Below are positions 1 to 12,413 of a stretch of DNA of 64,000 nt, in pieces. The position numbers and the translations under genes were made by a program. The stretch lies in the NCBI RefSeq assembly GCF_963506605.1, contig NC_083278.1, forward strand, positions 17,484,001-17,548,000, read 5' to 3'. Below the pieces are notes generated by a model. The model saw only the letters and a program-made list of their open reading frames with translations. It made no database searches and had not been told where the DNA came from. How positions within the stretch are numbered: the stretch's first letter is position 1; every line of letters starts with the position of its first letter. Source of the DNA: Zootoca vivipara. Lineage: Eukaryota.

Positions 1-417
1 CCAGATTTCCCACCACTGCCCAATGCAGTGAACTGCTGCAGATGTCTGCTATCAGTGTGTGGTTGTGGCATACCATGGTTCCTGTCTTGGTTCCTCCTGT
101 TCGCCCTTTGGCAAATATTTATTTTCTCCGACAGTGTGTCTTGAATCCTGGGAGCAAGGAGGGACACGAGTCCTCTCTGCAGATCTCCTGCCAATAGGAC
201 AATGCAGGTACTATACTCAGCAGCCTGTCCTTCATTCCCCTTGTGTGTGATTAAATGCAATTATTTTGAGCAGTATGCAACATAATGAGACCCAAACACC
301 AGCCTGAGGAGGAACGGTGACATCAGTGTGTATGGATTGGTAGGAGACTGTCCTGAGGCATGTATCACCATCAGTGCACTGACTCCCTCAATCATAAGAG
401 TGGTATGGGGGTCAGTA

Positions 418-1038
418 CCCTGTTTCCCCTTTTTTAATACGTAGTCGTAAAGTAAGCCATGGCAGAGTTTTTAAGCATTTGAGAAGTATAAGACATACCC
501 CGAAAATAAGGCATACTTCCGCGCTGCGGAAACCAACCCCCACAGGCACCTCCACTCACAGAGTCACTCCATGCGGCCGGCACTGCAGGAGTGCGATCAG
601 CTGTGAAGTGGCGCTCCAAGAGCTCCGCTTAACAGCTGATCGCGCTCTCGCCTTGCTGGCTGCATTCCCGCGCTCCACCTTCTCGTCCACAGTCATCCCT
701 GCCGCTTCCATGCTTGCCGCCACCACTGGGCTCACTGCTTCTTCCTTGCCTGGCCCGGCCAAGGAGCTTGGAGCGCCCTGCAGTGGCAGGCGGAGCGCCT
801 GAGCCAGCAGCCTCCGCCTGGCCCGGCCAAGGACTCCTGCAGCCCCGCCACTCAGAACCGGTGGCTGCTGCAGTGCCGAGCACTCAAGAGAGCCCAGCAG
901 CGCCCTGAGCCAGTGCCCTGAGCCGTAAAAACCGTACCAGTAATAAAAAAATAAGACATCCCACCGAAAGTAAGCCACCCTGTGTTTTTTTGAGGAAAAA
1001 AAGTTATAAGACGGTGTCTTAAAAAGGGGGAAACACGG
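418..1038. mobile_element. Non-autonomous Tc1/mariner-superfamily (Tc2/pogo-like) DNA transposon with GC-rich internal filler
   Basis: TA at 416-417 and 1039-1040. TIRs CCCTGTTTCCCCTTTTTTAATAC and (reverse complement) CCGTGTTTCCCCCTTTTTAAGAC. Internal subterminal repeats of AAA(A/G)TAAG(A/C/G)CA. Confidence 0.8.
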
Positions 1039-4000
1039 TACTACAACAACCCATTATTAGTGGATACTGGCAATATTGCCATAGACAAAATATTGCTCAA
1101 TTGTATGTTATTCCATGGTGCATTTTCCAGAGCAGTTTTTTCCTTTCTCATGTATGGGGCTGACCCCATATAAGATGCAACGGTAGCTGCACCAATATAG
1201 CAATGACTGCTCACTCTCACTCCCCAGCATGAGAGGCATATAGGATCACACCCTGAAAATAGTTTTTCAATGTGGACTAGAGAGTATGCCATTTTTCCTA
1301 TAAAGCTTAATCCAGAAAACAGCAAGCATGAGGATATTTCCACAAGAGGCCTTTCCCACTCTATTCCAAAAAAGCCATTTCCCAGACTGTGAACAGTATG
1401 CAACAATACAAGTGAACACTGGTACAATGCGGCAATTCCATACTATTGTGGACGGTTCCTAATTCTCAGGCTTTCTGAGGGGCTCATGAAACTCCAAAGG
1501 AAGATAGAAGGGAAGTCCTCTTGCTTGAGCATCCTTATACTTAAGCTTCTCCACATATATTGGTGTTAGGTTTAGGAAACATCTACGGAGTCATTAAGTG
1601 CCACCCATCTGGTTCAGATGTTTATGGAACAAACTAGAGAACCTTTGTGCTATGGGTCAATCTTGGCCAGTGAGGCCATTTTGCCCAAACCAAACCTACC
1701 AATTAATATTATTTATGACATCACATAATGGGCAGAGCTCATTTCTAACTCAAGAAGGCGTTTGCTAAAAGAAATAAAACAAATTCCTGTTTTAGCAGAG
1801 GATTTCACTGCAAACACCTTCCCTGCTAAAACAAAGGCTCCTCTACTCTCCATTTTTGCAGGAAATTCCTCCCCCGCTGAGAGGGGAGAAAACAGTCCAT
1901 TGTAGGCATGGCCTGCCCATTTCAAAGTTGCTGCAGCAACAGTAAAATTCTGGGCTCTTGGTGCTGTTTGCTTTGCCCCTGGACAGACGGGCTGCTCCTC
2001 AAGTGTGTAGTATCAACTGTTCCCTTTCTTGCTGCTCATTTATGAATACGTTGCTTTTGCCTTTTGCATACTGTGCATTCCTTGGGACTCTCTCACTCTT
2101 GGTGTGCACCAGCAGCAGCAGGAAGGACTCAAAAAGTATGCATATGTATTTGGGAAAGAAATTAGAAAAGCACCCAGATGAGCTCCTTTCAGTCTCTTCC
2201 ATTGTTTCCTGTGGCAAAGTAGTGGGCAGAAGGCACAGAGGTTCCTTCATTCCAGGAGCTGAAATGTTAGAGGCCTTCTGAGAAAGTCTCCTTACTAAAA
2301 CCCCTTTCTGATTCAGCAGCACCTTGCAAGTTGTTTTGAAGTTAGTACTTCAAAGCACCTTAAACATGACCTCATCATATTTGATTGAGAGGTGGGTGGC
2401 CCCACCCACCTGTCAAATTTGGCCCACAGGGTTGATTCTGATAAGGATCTGTCCCATGGAGCCAAAAAGGTTCACCATCTGCCAGAGAATCAAGCTATTC
2501 ATTTATTTATTTTAAAATATTTCTATTAAACTCTGGAATTTTACCTTCCTATATCACTGCTCTGGAATTGGGGGGGGGGGTTTCTCAAAACTCATGCAGT
2601 GTTAAATGCATTAGAACATATACTTGTTTATCATGCTTAACAAAAATGAACAAGCTGTCAATTAGCCCTCCCCAATATACAACAGAAATGTATAATGCAT
2701 TGATAGGTCTGAAAAGTTGCATGCTCCAATATAATTTGCTGCAGAGGAAGTCAACACTTAAAACTCACATACCCTACCTAAAAACTGTTTCCTTAAAGAC
2801 TAAAGGGGGGGAACGCTGTATGTGAAACAACATTTACCAGAATGTATAATCAAATGTCAGTTACTCATTTCATGCAAAGTGCTTCCTCACACAGATACTA
2901 TATTTACATTTTTTCCTATGTCACGTTATTCAAACCTTCTACTGAACAAGAGAAAATCTGCCTGTATGACCACCATGTGTCTTGCATATCCGACTCTCTC
3001 CCTTTTTTTCTACTCAGCATCTTACCATACCACCAATAACCAAACTTGTTCACAGTTCCCCCACACTAGTTCCTGTTTTGCTGACTCCTCTTGCGGTCTT
3101 CACCACACTTCTTGCTGCTCCTCTCACAGAGACGTGCTAAGTTTTTCTTCCCCAGACACCAAAATAAGTTCACCTCACAAATTCTTCCTGACTAGACTAA
3201 TTTCCAAGTCACCATGTGCCAGATTCCCTATGCCATTATTTTGGCTGGCCTTTCAACAAATCCCAAGGACTCACACTTTAAGCCACATGGATGCTTCCAG
3301 CAGACCTAAACACCTTCTCAAGTGTCTTCCAATCAAGAGAATCCCATCAATTTGCAACCTATTTCCTCACCTGGAATCATGTGAACACTATACAAGGGGC
3401 ATCCAGACTCTTTCTTCTACAGGGGGAACTGACAATAGGAATCAAACAAACAACCCACAGAACCAGGATTACTATGTCAATGAATGTTTTAAGACATACT
3501 GTGCAATAAGTAAGTCTACATATTTCCTTTGCACACCCTCCCCTCCAGCCAGTGTAACAGAAGAATGTTCCTGTTTACAATCTCCACTTCTTTAGTTGCC
3601 ATTTCCCTTCTGTGCACCCTTTTGTTACATCTCTCTCCTTTCTCAGGTTACCAATCCATCAAATACAGTTCCCCGGCTAGAAGGGACCACAACACACCAA
3701 TCCACAATACCCACTTTCCGTAAAACACCCCACGGTTCAGAGCCTCGCTACTATGTTAGTCCCACAGCAAAAGGCTCACCAAATTAGGCTGAGCGTGTCA
3801 GACCAGTTTCTGCAGGCAAAGATTTAACCTTTTTGCTTCTTGTTCTTTGCTGTGGTTAACAGTCCTTTGGCTGGCACCTCCAAAAAACCCTCTCGCCTCT
3901 TTGCAGCCCCACAATAGCAGGCCTTCAAACACGATTGGGGGGGGGGGGCAAACCTACACAAACCCTATTCATTAACCCTCTCTGTTAAAGAGGAGAAACT

Positions 4001-4099
4001 GAAATCCTTCTCCCCCACCCCCCAATACCAAAATCAGAAAAAATCCCTCTTAAAATCCCCCCTCCTCCACAACACACTGCCCCACCCACTTCAAAATTA

Positions 4100-5330
4100 T
4101 CTTTCTCGGCTCTTCCCTCGCCTGTCCCGCGCTCCTCGCTTGGCAGAGACGAAACAAAACGAGGCGTTTTAAAACGGATAGGGCGAAACAAAACCAGGAG
4201 GAGACGGGGTTGCCCGGATCAGGACACAGCAGCCCGCCCGCCGTGCAGACGTCGTCCTCAGCACCATATTGACTCCTTCCTCTCTTTGCTTCCAAGCAAG
4301 CAAGCACCACACCCACACAGGCGCCCTCCTTTCTTCTCCTCCTCCTCCTCTCTCCCCACCCCGCTTTTCCCTATGGCTTCCCCGCCGCCTCCAGCAGCGA
4401 GGGCCTGCCCGACGGGCCTAGTGCTCGCCAACACAAAGGGAGAGCCAGAGAAAGAAGGGGGGGTGGAGACAGAGGGCACCGAAGACGTGCGCTCAGGCCT
4501 GGAGCAGCTGCAGCAGCGGCCTTTTCTCCTTGTCTGTGTGTGTGCTTCTCTCTCCCCCCCCCCCAAAATACCCCTACTGAAACAATAGGACGTGGGTGAG
4601 CGACCGTGCGACGGGGGGGGGGGAGGACAATAATGGATTCGCCCTCTTGCTCCTCCCTCAATCGCATTCCCCCTCCCGCGCCGTTCCATGGGCCGTTCCA
4701 TCCCCTCCCCCCCCCACCCGCACCTCATCCCATCGCCTCGCGCAGCCGAATACTCACGGGCTAGTGTGCCTGTAACGGACACACGGAGGGGGGGGGGCGG
4801 GCTCCCTCCTCCTCCTCCTCTTCCTCCTTCCTCCGGGTACACCTTCACCTATAATTACCCAGCCACCCCGTCGCCTTCCCGCCGCCTCCCCCTCCTCCTC
4901 CTCCCCCCGCCGCCGCCGTCGTGGTCCCTCCCCCTCCTCCACCCTCGCCGCCGTGAGGGAGACTCACAACAACATGGCGAGCGACTGAGAGAAAGAGAGG
5001 GACGGGCATACACAGCGGCGGCGGCGGCAACGGCAACGCGCTAAAGCGCATGCGCGCCGCCGGCCCGTCCGCGACGCCGGGAGGGAGCGAAGGAGGAAGG
5101 GAGCGTATCGGGAGCCGCGTGCGTCGCGCCCAACGAGCGCGACGCGCGCTTTGCGCCTGCGCACAGGGTGCGAGTGGGTGGGTGGGGAGAACGGTGGGAG
5201 GAACTGCCTCCCAAGCACAAAGGCAGTGTAAAACCAAAGAGGTCGTGAAAACGAGCCGATGCTCAATGCTTCCGGTTCCCTGTGGGCATGTCCAGCGGGC
5301 ATTCTTGTCCGCGTTCCCAGGACCCGTTGC
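4100..5330 (-). promoter_or_regulatory. CpG island promoter, probably PUM2 (minus strand)
   Basis: Very CpG-rich. NRF1-like GCGCATGCGC at 5046 and TGCGCCTGCGCA at 5152. YY1-like CGCCATGTT (minus) at ~4971-4979. Gene identity rests only on the conserved vertebrate order PUM2(-)/SLC7A15/RHOB(+); no PUM2 coding sequence was seen. Confidence 0.65.
4758..5000 (-). other. Putative non-coding first exon (PUM2-like)
   Basis: Minus-strand donor CCC|GTGAGT (plus-strand ACTCAC 4752-4757) downstream of the promoter motifs. The 5' boundary is approximate. Confidence 0.45.
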
Positions 5331-5336
5331 AAATCC

Positions 5337-5490
5337 TAGAGTTAGGAGGAACTTCCCCCCCTAAGGTCATCTAGTCCAGCCCCCTGAAATGCAGGAATCT
5401 CTGCAAAAGCACCCATGACAGGTGGCCATCCACCCTCTGCTTAAAAGCCTCTAAGGAAGGAGAGTCCGCCACCTTCCGAAGACGACCGTT
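5337..5490 (-). mobile_element. CR1 LINE 3' end fragment
   Basis: AGGTCATCTAGTCCAGCCCCCTG...CCATCCACCCTCTGCTTAAAAGCCTC matches the CR1 3' region. The minus-strand translation SPSLEAFKQRVDGHLS resembles the CR1 ORF2 C-terminus. Confidence 0.7.
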
Positions 5491-6417
5491 CAAATGCGTG
5501 GGAAAGATTTGGGAGGCGGGGACTCCAGCAAATACAATGCACGTTCTCAGTTGCGGTTCTTTGAAACCGTCATGCTCAAAACCAGCACCGAAACCGCTCA
5601 TGGGGACTGGCGAGGCTACTGCCTCGGGCGGCAGCGTCCCTAGTGACGGCAGATCCAATGCTGGCTCTACAGCGGCCCCATGGCGAATAGGAGGCGCAGC
5701 TGGTCTCCTCCGCCCCTTGTTCCCATTGTGCAGCAAGCTCACAATTGGTGTTCAGAGATAGGCTTCCTCTGAACATTCAACTCTCCTGGCTCTTAGGAGA
5801 AGTTTGCATGGATGGAGCTGGTGTAGACAGAATGACTTTAGCAGGGCAGGGGTGTGTGGCCTGAAGTACACACACACTTTCCAGAAGCAACAGACACCAC
5901 TGTTTCCATACAGCTATGACATATAGGTCACAGTCAAGGTCACAACCCACCTCTGTTTCCTTGATGATGAGATCTGTACAGCCACTTCCCTTTCATTAAC
6001 ATGAAGTCGGGGTTTGTGGTTGCTGCAAATGGTAAACTGCTGGCAATATATGAGTGTACTACAAACAGTGTAGCAAATGGATTATTTCTCATCCGGTTGT
6101 CTTCAGCAAGTGGCAAAGTTTGTGATACAGATCATATTGGTTTGGCTGGCCTATCCTCTCTAGACTGAATGAAGCAACGCTGTTCCGATCCCATAAAAAA
6201 AAAAATCATTGCATATTACAGCCAGCTCTTTATCAGCTTCTGGGGTCTGTAATAAATTCTTAAAGAGAGCTCAGGTGCATTTTCTAGAGAAGCTCCTCAG
6301 TGCTGCTTCAAGCAAGCAAGAGGGATGGTTTGTAAGTTAGGCAAATGTTTGCTGCAATGATTGCTGCAGCAACTCCACAGAGGTTTTCCTCTGAGGTGTG
6401 TTCTTAGGCACTTAATT

Positions 6418-6550
6418 CATAGTATCATAGAGTTGGAAGGGACCCTGAGGATCATCTAGCCCAACCCCGTGCAATATAGGAATATGCAGCTGTCCGATAC
6501 GGGGATCAAACCTGCAACCTTGGCGTTATCAGCATGTAACCAACTGAGCT
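6418..6550 (-). mobile_element. tRNA-head/CR1-tail SINE (Squam2-like)
   Basis: Minus strand reads AGCTCAGTTGGTTA (A box)...GGTTTGATCCCC (B box), then CR1 tail GATGATCCTCAGGGTCCCTTCCAACTCTATGAT. Confidence 0.7.
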
Positions 6551-6763
6551 TGCTTTTATTTTGTACATCCATGAGCCTCTGCTGCTGTGTATTCCCAGAA
6601 TGTCATTTCTGGTAGGAAAAAAGAGCACTTATTCTACCCCTGGAATTGCCAGGTAGGGATGGCAAAAGATTCTATGTCTGAAACCCAAAAGAGCTGCTAC
6701 CAATGAATACTGAGCTACGGTAGACAAACTGTTCCCTGGTGTCCCTCCAGCATTGATTTACTC

Positions 6764-6965
6764 CAGGGGTCAGCAACCTAAGGCCCATGGGCTGGAAGCG
6801 GCCCATGGAGGTTGTCTGACTGGCCCACAAACCGTGCCCGAACTGAGCCACCCGCTCGCACACTGCGCTAAACCGGCGCAGCACGGTGCAGGGACTCGCT
6901 TCCGCAGCGCCTGAAATCGCATCTGCGCAGACGCCAAAAATCACCTGTGCACGTGATCCAGCCAT
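6764..6965. mobile_element. hAT (Charlie-like) MITE, left part
   Basis: Starts CAGGGGTCAGCAACCTAAGGCCC, the same terminus type as 16455 and 50950. No right TIR found. Confidence 0.6.
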
Positions 6966-7471
6966 GAAGGGATCTGTAAGGATGCTGAGCACTCTTATAT
7001 TCCATAGTGCTTTACTCAAACCTCTGCCATTGTTTGAAACTGTCATTTACCTCCCTCCCTGCAGATATTTTTAAACATGTCTTCCCCCCTCTTAGTATCC
7101 CACCCTCCTCTTTCCCATGTCATTGGGCAACCTGCCTTCTCTTTTCCTCCCCTCTCTCCAGCCCCGACTGGGGAGAGTTGTGATGCAGCGCTACAGACCT
7201 TCCAATGGGAGCTGCGTGGCAACAGCCTTGCATTTTTATGTATGTAGGAAAATAAGTCATATCATGATCTATGAAATAGTGAGTCAGCATTTCACAGGAC
7301 AAATTGTCAGATGTGGTGTTGTTGATTAAATGGTGGAAGAGTTCCAAACGTGGCTGCCGTTATCTCTCAGCAGCTGTCTTTATCTTGGTCACAGCGAGAA
7401 CAAACGTGCATTCCTATTCCAGGACTCTACAGAAGAAAGGCAAGAGGACAAAATTTAAAAAATGCGAAACC

Positions 7472-9597
7472 TATCCTCTTTATATTAACATTGGAAATTC
7501 TTCTAAAAAATATAAGAGAAGAGGACAGCATTAAGGGTATAGTAATTGGCAGTAAAAAATATAAAGTTAAGGCTTATGCAGACGATATAATTATAACTAC
7601 TGAAGACCCAATACAAAGTATCCCCTCAGTGATTACGAAGCTAAATGAATATGGTAAACTGGCAGGACTCAAAATAAATTATGAGAAAACCAAAATGTTG
7701 GTAAAAAATTTAGAAATCAAAGAAAAACAGGAGCTCCAAGAAAAAACAGGTTTAAAAATTGACAAAAAAATGAAGTATTTGGGTATAAAAACAACAATAA
7801 AAGGGATAGATCTGGTACAAGAAAATTATAGGGAAACCTGGAAAAAGATAAAGGCAAACATGGAGGAATGGAGTAAATTAAAACTATCAATAATGGGCCG
7901 AATTTCATTAATTAAGATGTGTGTAGTCTCGAAAATGAATTACTTATTTCAAAACTTACCAATTTTGGGGAAAGAAAAAAATTTTGGTGAATGGAAAAAG
8001 GATATTATGAAATTTATTTGGAAAGGGAAGAGACCGAGGATCAAATATACAATCATGATAGATCATAGAAATAGGGGAGGCTTTGGGCTCCCAGATCTCG
8101 AAATATACCACGACGCAGCTGCAATCGCCTGGATTAAAGAGTGGATGGAGCTCCGAAATACGGATCTTTTAGACTTGGAGGGCCAAGGATTAGCTTTTGG
8201 CTGGCACCGCTATCTAATGAAAGAAAAAATTGAAAAAAAGAACATTTTTATGTTCAACATAATTAGAAAATCTCTGTACCTAGTTTGGCAGAAATATAAA
8301 AGGTTCTTTGAACCAAAGACCCCATGGTGGGTCTTCCCACTTGAATTAGTGGCGGTCAAAAGAACTAATATGGGTGGTAATTGGCCTACCTATAGGAACC
8401 TATTGGAAGAAAAAGAGGGAACATTAAAATTAAAAGATTACTCTGAAATAAAACACCTCTTGACCACCTGGTTGCAGTACTTTGAAATAAATCAGAGGCT
8501 GCAAGTCGATAAAAAATTGGGCTTCGACAAGGAAATGTCAAAATTGGAGGAGATTTTATTAGTAAATAAGAGCAAATATATTAAAAAATTATACCAGATA
8601 ATTCTAAAATGGAGAACAGAAGAAGAGCTGACCAAAGAATTCATGATTAAGTGGGGTCAGGACCTGGGGAAACCTATCCCAGTGGAGAAGTGGGAGAAGT
8701 TATGGAAAAAAGACTCAGAATTTACACCCAACTACGATCTAAAGGAAAACATTTCGAAGATGCAGAACAGATGGTACCTGACCCCACTTAAAATATCCAA
8801 AATCTACCCAGGAACCAGCAATTTATGCTGGAGGTGTAAAAAGGAGGTTGGCTCCTTCATCCACATATGGTGGAATTGTAGTATAATTAGAGAATTTTGG
8901 GAAATGCTCTACAATGAATTAAAGAAAATATTAAAATACTCTTTCAAGAAAACCCCGGAAATGTTCCTTCTAGGAATGATATCTGAGGACATCCATCCCA
9001 AGGACAGATGTGTAGTCAGTTATGCGGTAGCAGCTGCTAGGTTATTAGTTGCAAAAAAATTGGAAAACCTCGGTAAACCCAAGTAAAGAAGAATGGCAGT
9101 TAAAATTATTCAATTACTACAATTTAGCAAAAAATTACGAAGAAATTAAAGGAATGGATTCAGAGGAGACCGTTAAAAATTGGAAATCATTTATTAATTA
9201 TATTAAGAGCCAATTGGAAAATCCAAATGTAATCTCAGATGCTTAACGATTTTGTCATGAATATTTGACTTAGAAAATAAGTAATTATATGCATTTTGTT
9301 ATGTTTTTTATCTTACTTTTTTTCCCTTTTTTTTCTTTTTTCTTTTTTTTTAATAGTTAAATAAATTAAGGTATGTAAATAATATATGGAATATAAGGAT
9401 AAGCTCCAAACAGGATGGAAAGTGCGGGGGGCGGGGAATGGGGGGAAGTGGTAGGGAGGGAGGGGGCAAAGCAAAAATGATATCTCAATGGGTTATAATT
9501 TTTGCTCATGGGTTTTAACGATTTGTACTATTTTCTGAGTTGATGACTTGTTTTTTTTGTGTGTGTTGTTAATAAAGATTATTATTATTAAATTAAA
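7472..9597 (+). mobile_element. 5'-truncated L1-clade LINE (ORF2 RT C-terminal half, zinc knuckle, 3'UTR, A-tail)
   Basis: PILF..LE, YADD, KYLG, GGFGLPD and CWRCKKEVGSFIHIWWNC motifs. +1 frameshift in the A-run near 9053-9059, continuing to a stop at 9246. AATAAA at 9571. 15-bp TSD AAAAAATG(C/T)GAAACC at 7457-7471 and 9598-9612, at a TT/AAAA site. Confidence 0.93.
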
Positions 9598-9919
9598 AAA
9601 AAATGTGAAACCAAACCTTATGTCATAATGAGAATAGAAGGAAAGGCATAGAGTTGCAGGAGCACAAGGGGCGGACAGCAGATGAACTTGTGCACAATGG
9701 GCAAGGTGGAATGAACAAAGAAAGTCAGAAAGGTAGAAAGCCTTACATGTAAGGGGAAAGCATGGGAAGCCAACATTGGGCCAATAAAAACTCATAAACA
9801 AAAGCAGACCTATATCCCCACTCAGGTATGAAACTTACTGGGTGAAGGGGGGATCCCTTTTTCAGCCTAACCTACCTCGCAGGCTGATCCAAATATAAAA
9901 ATCATGCATTGTACACTAT

Positions 9920-10115
9920 TTATTATTACCTTTATATCCCACCTTACCTCCAAGGTGCTCAAAGAAGTGCACATGGTTCTCCACCAAATTTATCCTTACA
10001 ACAACCCCGTGAGAGACTGTAACTGGCCTAGTGAACTTCAGGGCTGACTGGGGATTTGAACCCCGGTCTCCCAGGTCTTAATCCAGTGCTCTTACCGCTA
10101 CACCACAGTGGCTCT
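9920..10115 (-). mobile_element. Ther1/MIR-derived SINE (Squam3-like)
   Basis: Minus strand AGAGCCACTGTGGTGTAGCGGTAAGAG...GGTTCAAATCCCCAGTCAGCC tRNA-like head and GGGTTGTTGTAAGGATAAA core. Confidence 0.7.
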
Positions 10116-10670
10116 TTTGGAAAATATTTTTGGGCGAGAAAATACTGCTGAGCAACAGACCAAACAGGCCCAGAAGGGGGATCCTTCCCTCTCATCAGAG
10201 TCTACGGCTGCTTGGGAGGAGTCCAGAAGGAGAGGGCTTGAGAGGGACGGAGGGGCCAGGTGCTATACCCAGCAACATTAGCCTAGATGAACTTTGTTGT
10301 GTTTTGACTTTTGTGAGTAAAAGCTGATTGCACTTCGTGCCTCGAGTCCGTTTCCTGACCTATGGATGAGACTGCATGACAGCCCCTGATAGTGGAGGTA
10401 GCACATAAGCAACATGGCAAGGAGTCATTGATAGCCTTATCCTCCAGAAATTTGTCTAATCCTCTTTGGACGCCTTCCAAGCTGGTAGCCATCATTACTT
10501 TGTAGAAGACATCCAAGTTGGTGACCATCATCCCTGACCTCTGGCTAGGGCTGATGGGCATTGGGAGTCCAGTAATGTCTGAAAGGCCCTGAGTTCTGTT
10601 TTAATTAAAGGTGCCTGTGCACCTTTAGTTTGAAGCTACCGGTATATATGACACACACATAGTACCGGTA

Positions 10671-10814
10671 CAGGTACAGGTAGGTAGCCGTGTTGGTCTG
10701 ACGTAGTCCAAACAAAATAAAAAAATTCCTTCCAGCAGCACCTTAAAGACCATCTAAGTTTTTTTATTTTGGTATGAGCTTTCGCGTGCATGCACACTTC
10801 TTCAGATACACTGA
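10671..10814 (-). mobile_element. Penelope-like element terminal fragment with minimal hammerhead motif
   Basis: TSD AGTAC(C/T)GGTA at 10661-10670 and 10815-10824. Minus strand GTAT-CTGAAGA-A-GTGTGCATGCACGC-GAAA-GCTC-ATAC. Homologous to four other copies in the window. Confidence 0.75.
10772..10809 (-). ncRNA. Minimal type I hammerhead ribozyme motif (PLE-associated)
   Basis: CUGANGA core, 5-bp stem II, GAAA, palindromic AGCU in place of stem III, CUC cleavage triplet, stem I GUAU/AUAC. Confidence 0.65.
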
Positions 10815-11589
10815 AGTACTGGTAGTCACATTTTGTAAAATCTGGTTGCTTTACTGGTTGAAGACCAGTAGATGGCAACAGGTGGTTGGTACAAAGGGAG
10901 TTTAGCTGTAACAATTCAACCGCAGAATCTCTATGGAGTGTACTGATGCTTTTTTAAAAAAACAAAAAAACAGAAATAGCTGTTTTTAAAATGTGGGATG
11001 CCTAACCTTTTAGATTCTGGCCATGCCTTCATTAAAAGGTGCAAAAGGTCATAAACAGATAAAGATCACATGCAAGTCACTGACTTCATTCAGAGCTATC
11101 ATGACATTCCAATAATCCCCATGCAAAATGATAAACTCACTTTCTTCCCATGGTACATCCACTCTCCAGAAAACATGAAAGTAGGATAGGTGATATCAGA
11201 ACCGACGGCCTCAAGGTCTGCCGTTAATATTGCACCTAAATGCAACACAATAAAGATACACAGACGCACCCATTCAGTCTTCTCTAATGCAGATCCTCCC
11301 TTGGCATGACAACTCTTTATAATGACATACTTATGAAATGAAATGGCACTTTCAAACAGAGGGTTTTTCAAGCAGGAGCCAGTGTTTTCCCCAGGTATTG
11401 AAGTGGGCAGTTTGTTTTCATGGGGGCAGAGGATGATCTTGGTTGTAAATACAGCCCAGGCTGTATAGCCCGCATGGTAAAAATTGAAAAATAGGTCATG
11501 GTCAGGATTATTTTAGTAGCTTTAACTCAAATTTTGATTAAAGTTAGCTATGTATGCATCATTCTAGTTTACTTGCTGGAAGGTTGCAG

Positions 11590-11910
11590 ATCCTCCAAGT
11601 GTCCATATTTCCCAGGGACATTCCGGATTTACAGGAGCCATCCCAGTTTTTTATTTGATCCTGGAATGTGCTGCTTTTCCTTAGGACATCCCTATTTTCA
11701 TCGGCAAAATGTTGGAGGCTATGGAGTTATGTGACCACCGAGATAAGTAACTATGCAACCTTTAGATGATGTCTGAAGTTAGCCTTGTATATGGAAGTTA
11801 TTTTTTTAAATGTTTAATGTTTTCTTATGTTTCTGTGTGTGTTGGAAGCCATCCAGAGTGGCTGGGGCAACCCAGGCAGATGGGCAGGGCAACAACAACA
11901 ACAGCAACAG
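11590..11910 (+). mobile_element. Composite repeat: hAT (Blackjack-like) MITE followed by L2-type 3' tail
   Basis: CCTCCAAGTGTCC...ATGTTGGAGGCTATG is also seen at 25240-25352. It is followed by GGAAGCCATCCAGAGTGGCTGGGGCAACCCAG and a (CAA)n tail, like the L2 ends at 26115 and 27060. Confidence 0.5.
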
Positions 11911-12413
11911 CGTATGAGGTTGCACAACTCTGTTCTACATAAACAAACAAACTTCTTGAATGTGTTGTGCTCATTTTTTGGTTGCTTCTTATTTGTGCAG
12001 TTGATAAACTTGTTTCATTCACATGATCAGGCATAAAATGGTGTTTAAAAATATACGTAGTCGGAAATGTTATTTCATTTTAATATTATTTATTTTATGA
12101 AGTATTTTAGGTTTTTTTTAATGTATGCTTTTTTAATTGAAAGTTGCTTTGAGACATTTTTGCAGTAAGTGACAAATAAAGGTACTAACAGAATAACAAT
12201 AATCTATACGGTCACATCCGCACAACACATTTAAAGCATTTTGAAAGCACAAAGTTTCTCCCAAAGCAACCTGGGACCTGCCGTTTGTTAAGGGTGCTGC
12301 AAGGAATAAACTCCCCTTCCCAGAATTCTTTGCGGGAAGCAATGTGCTTTGATGTATGGCGTGTAGTGAACACAACCAACGACAGAGCTGGCTGTGAACT
12401 ATCCTCAAGTGGC

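Noticed and set aside
2822-3595. 257-aa ORF
   Set aside because: It starts at GTG, has no recognisable domain and its composition looks like non-coding DNA. It probably lies in an intron of the minus-strand gene.
4258-5364. Overlapping Gly/Pro/Arg-rich ORFs
   Set aside because: These are expected from stop-poor CpG island sequence.
7350-7471. N-terminal 40 aa of the 578-aa ORF
   Set aside because: It lies outside the L1 5' TSD and is flanking DNA that happens to be in frame. I see no evidence of a fusion gene.
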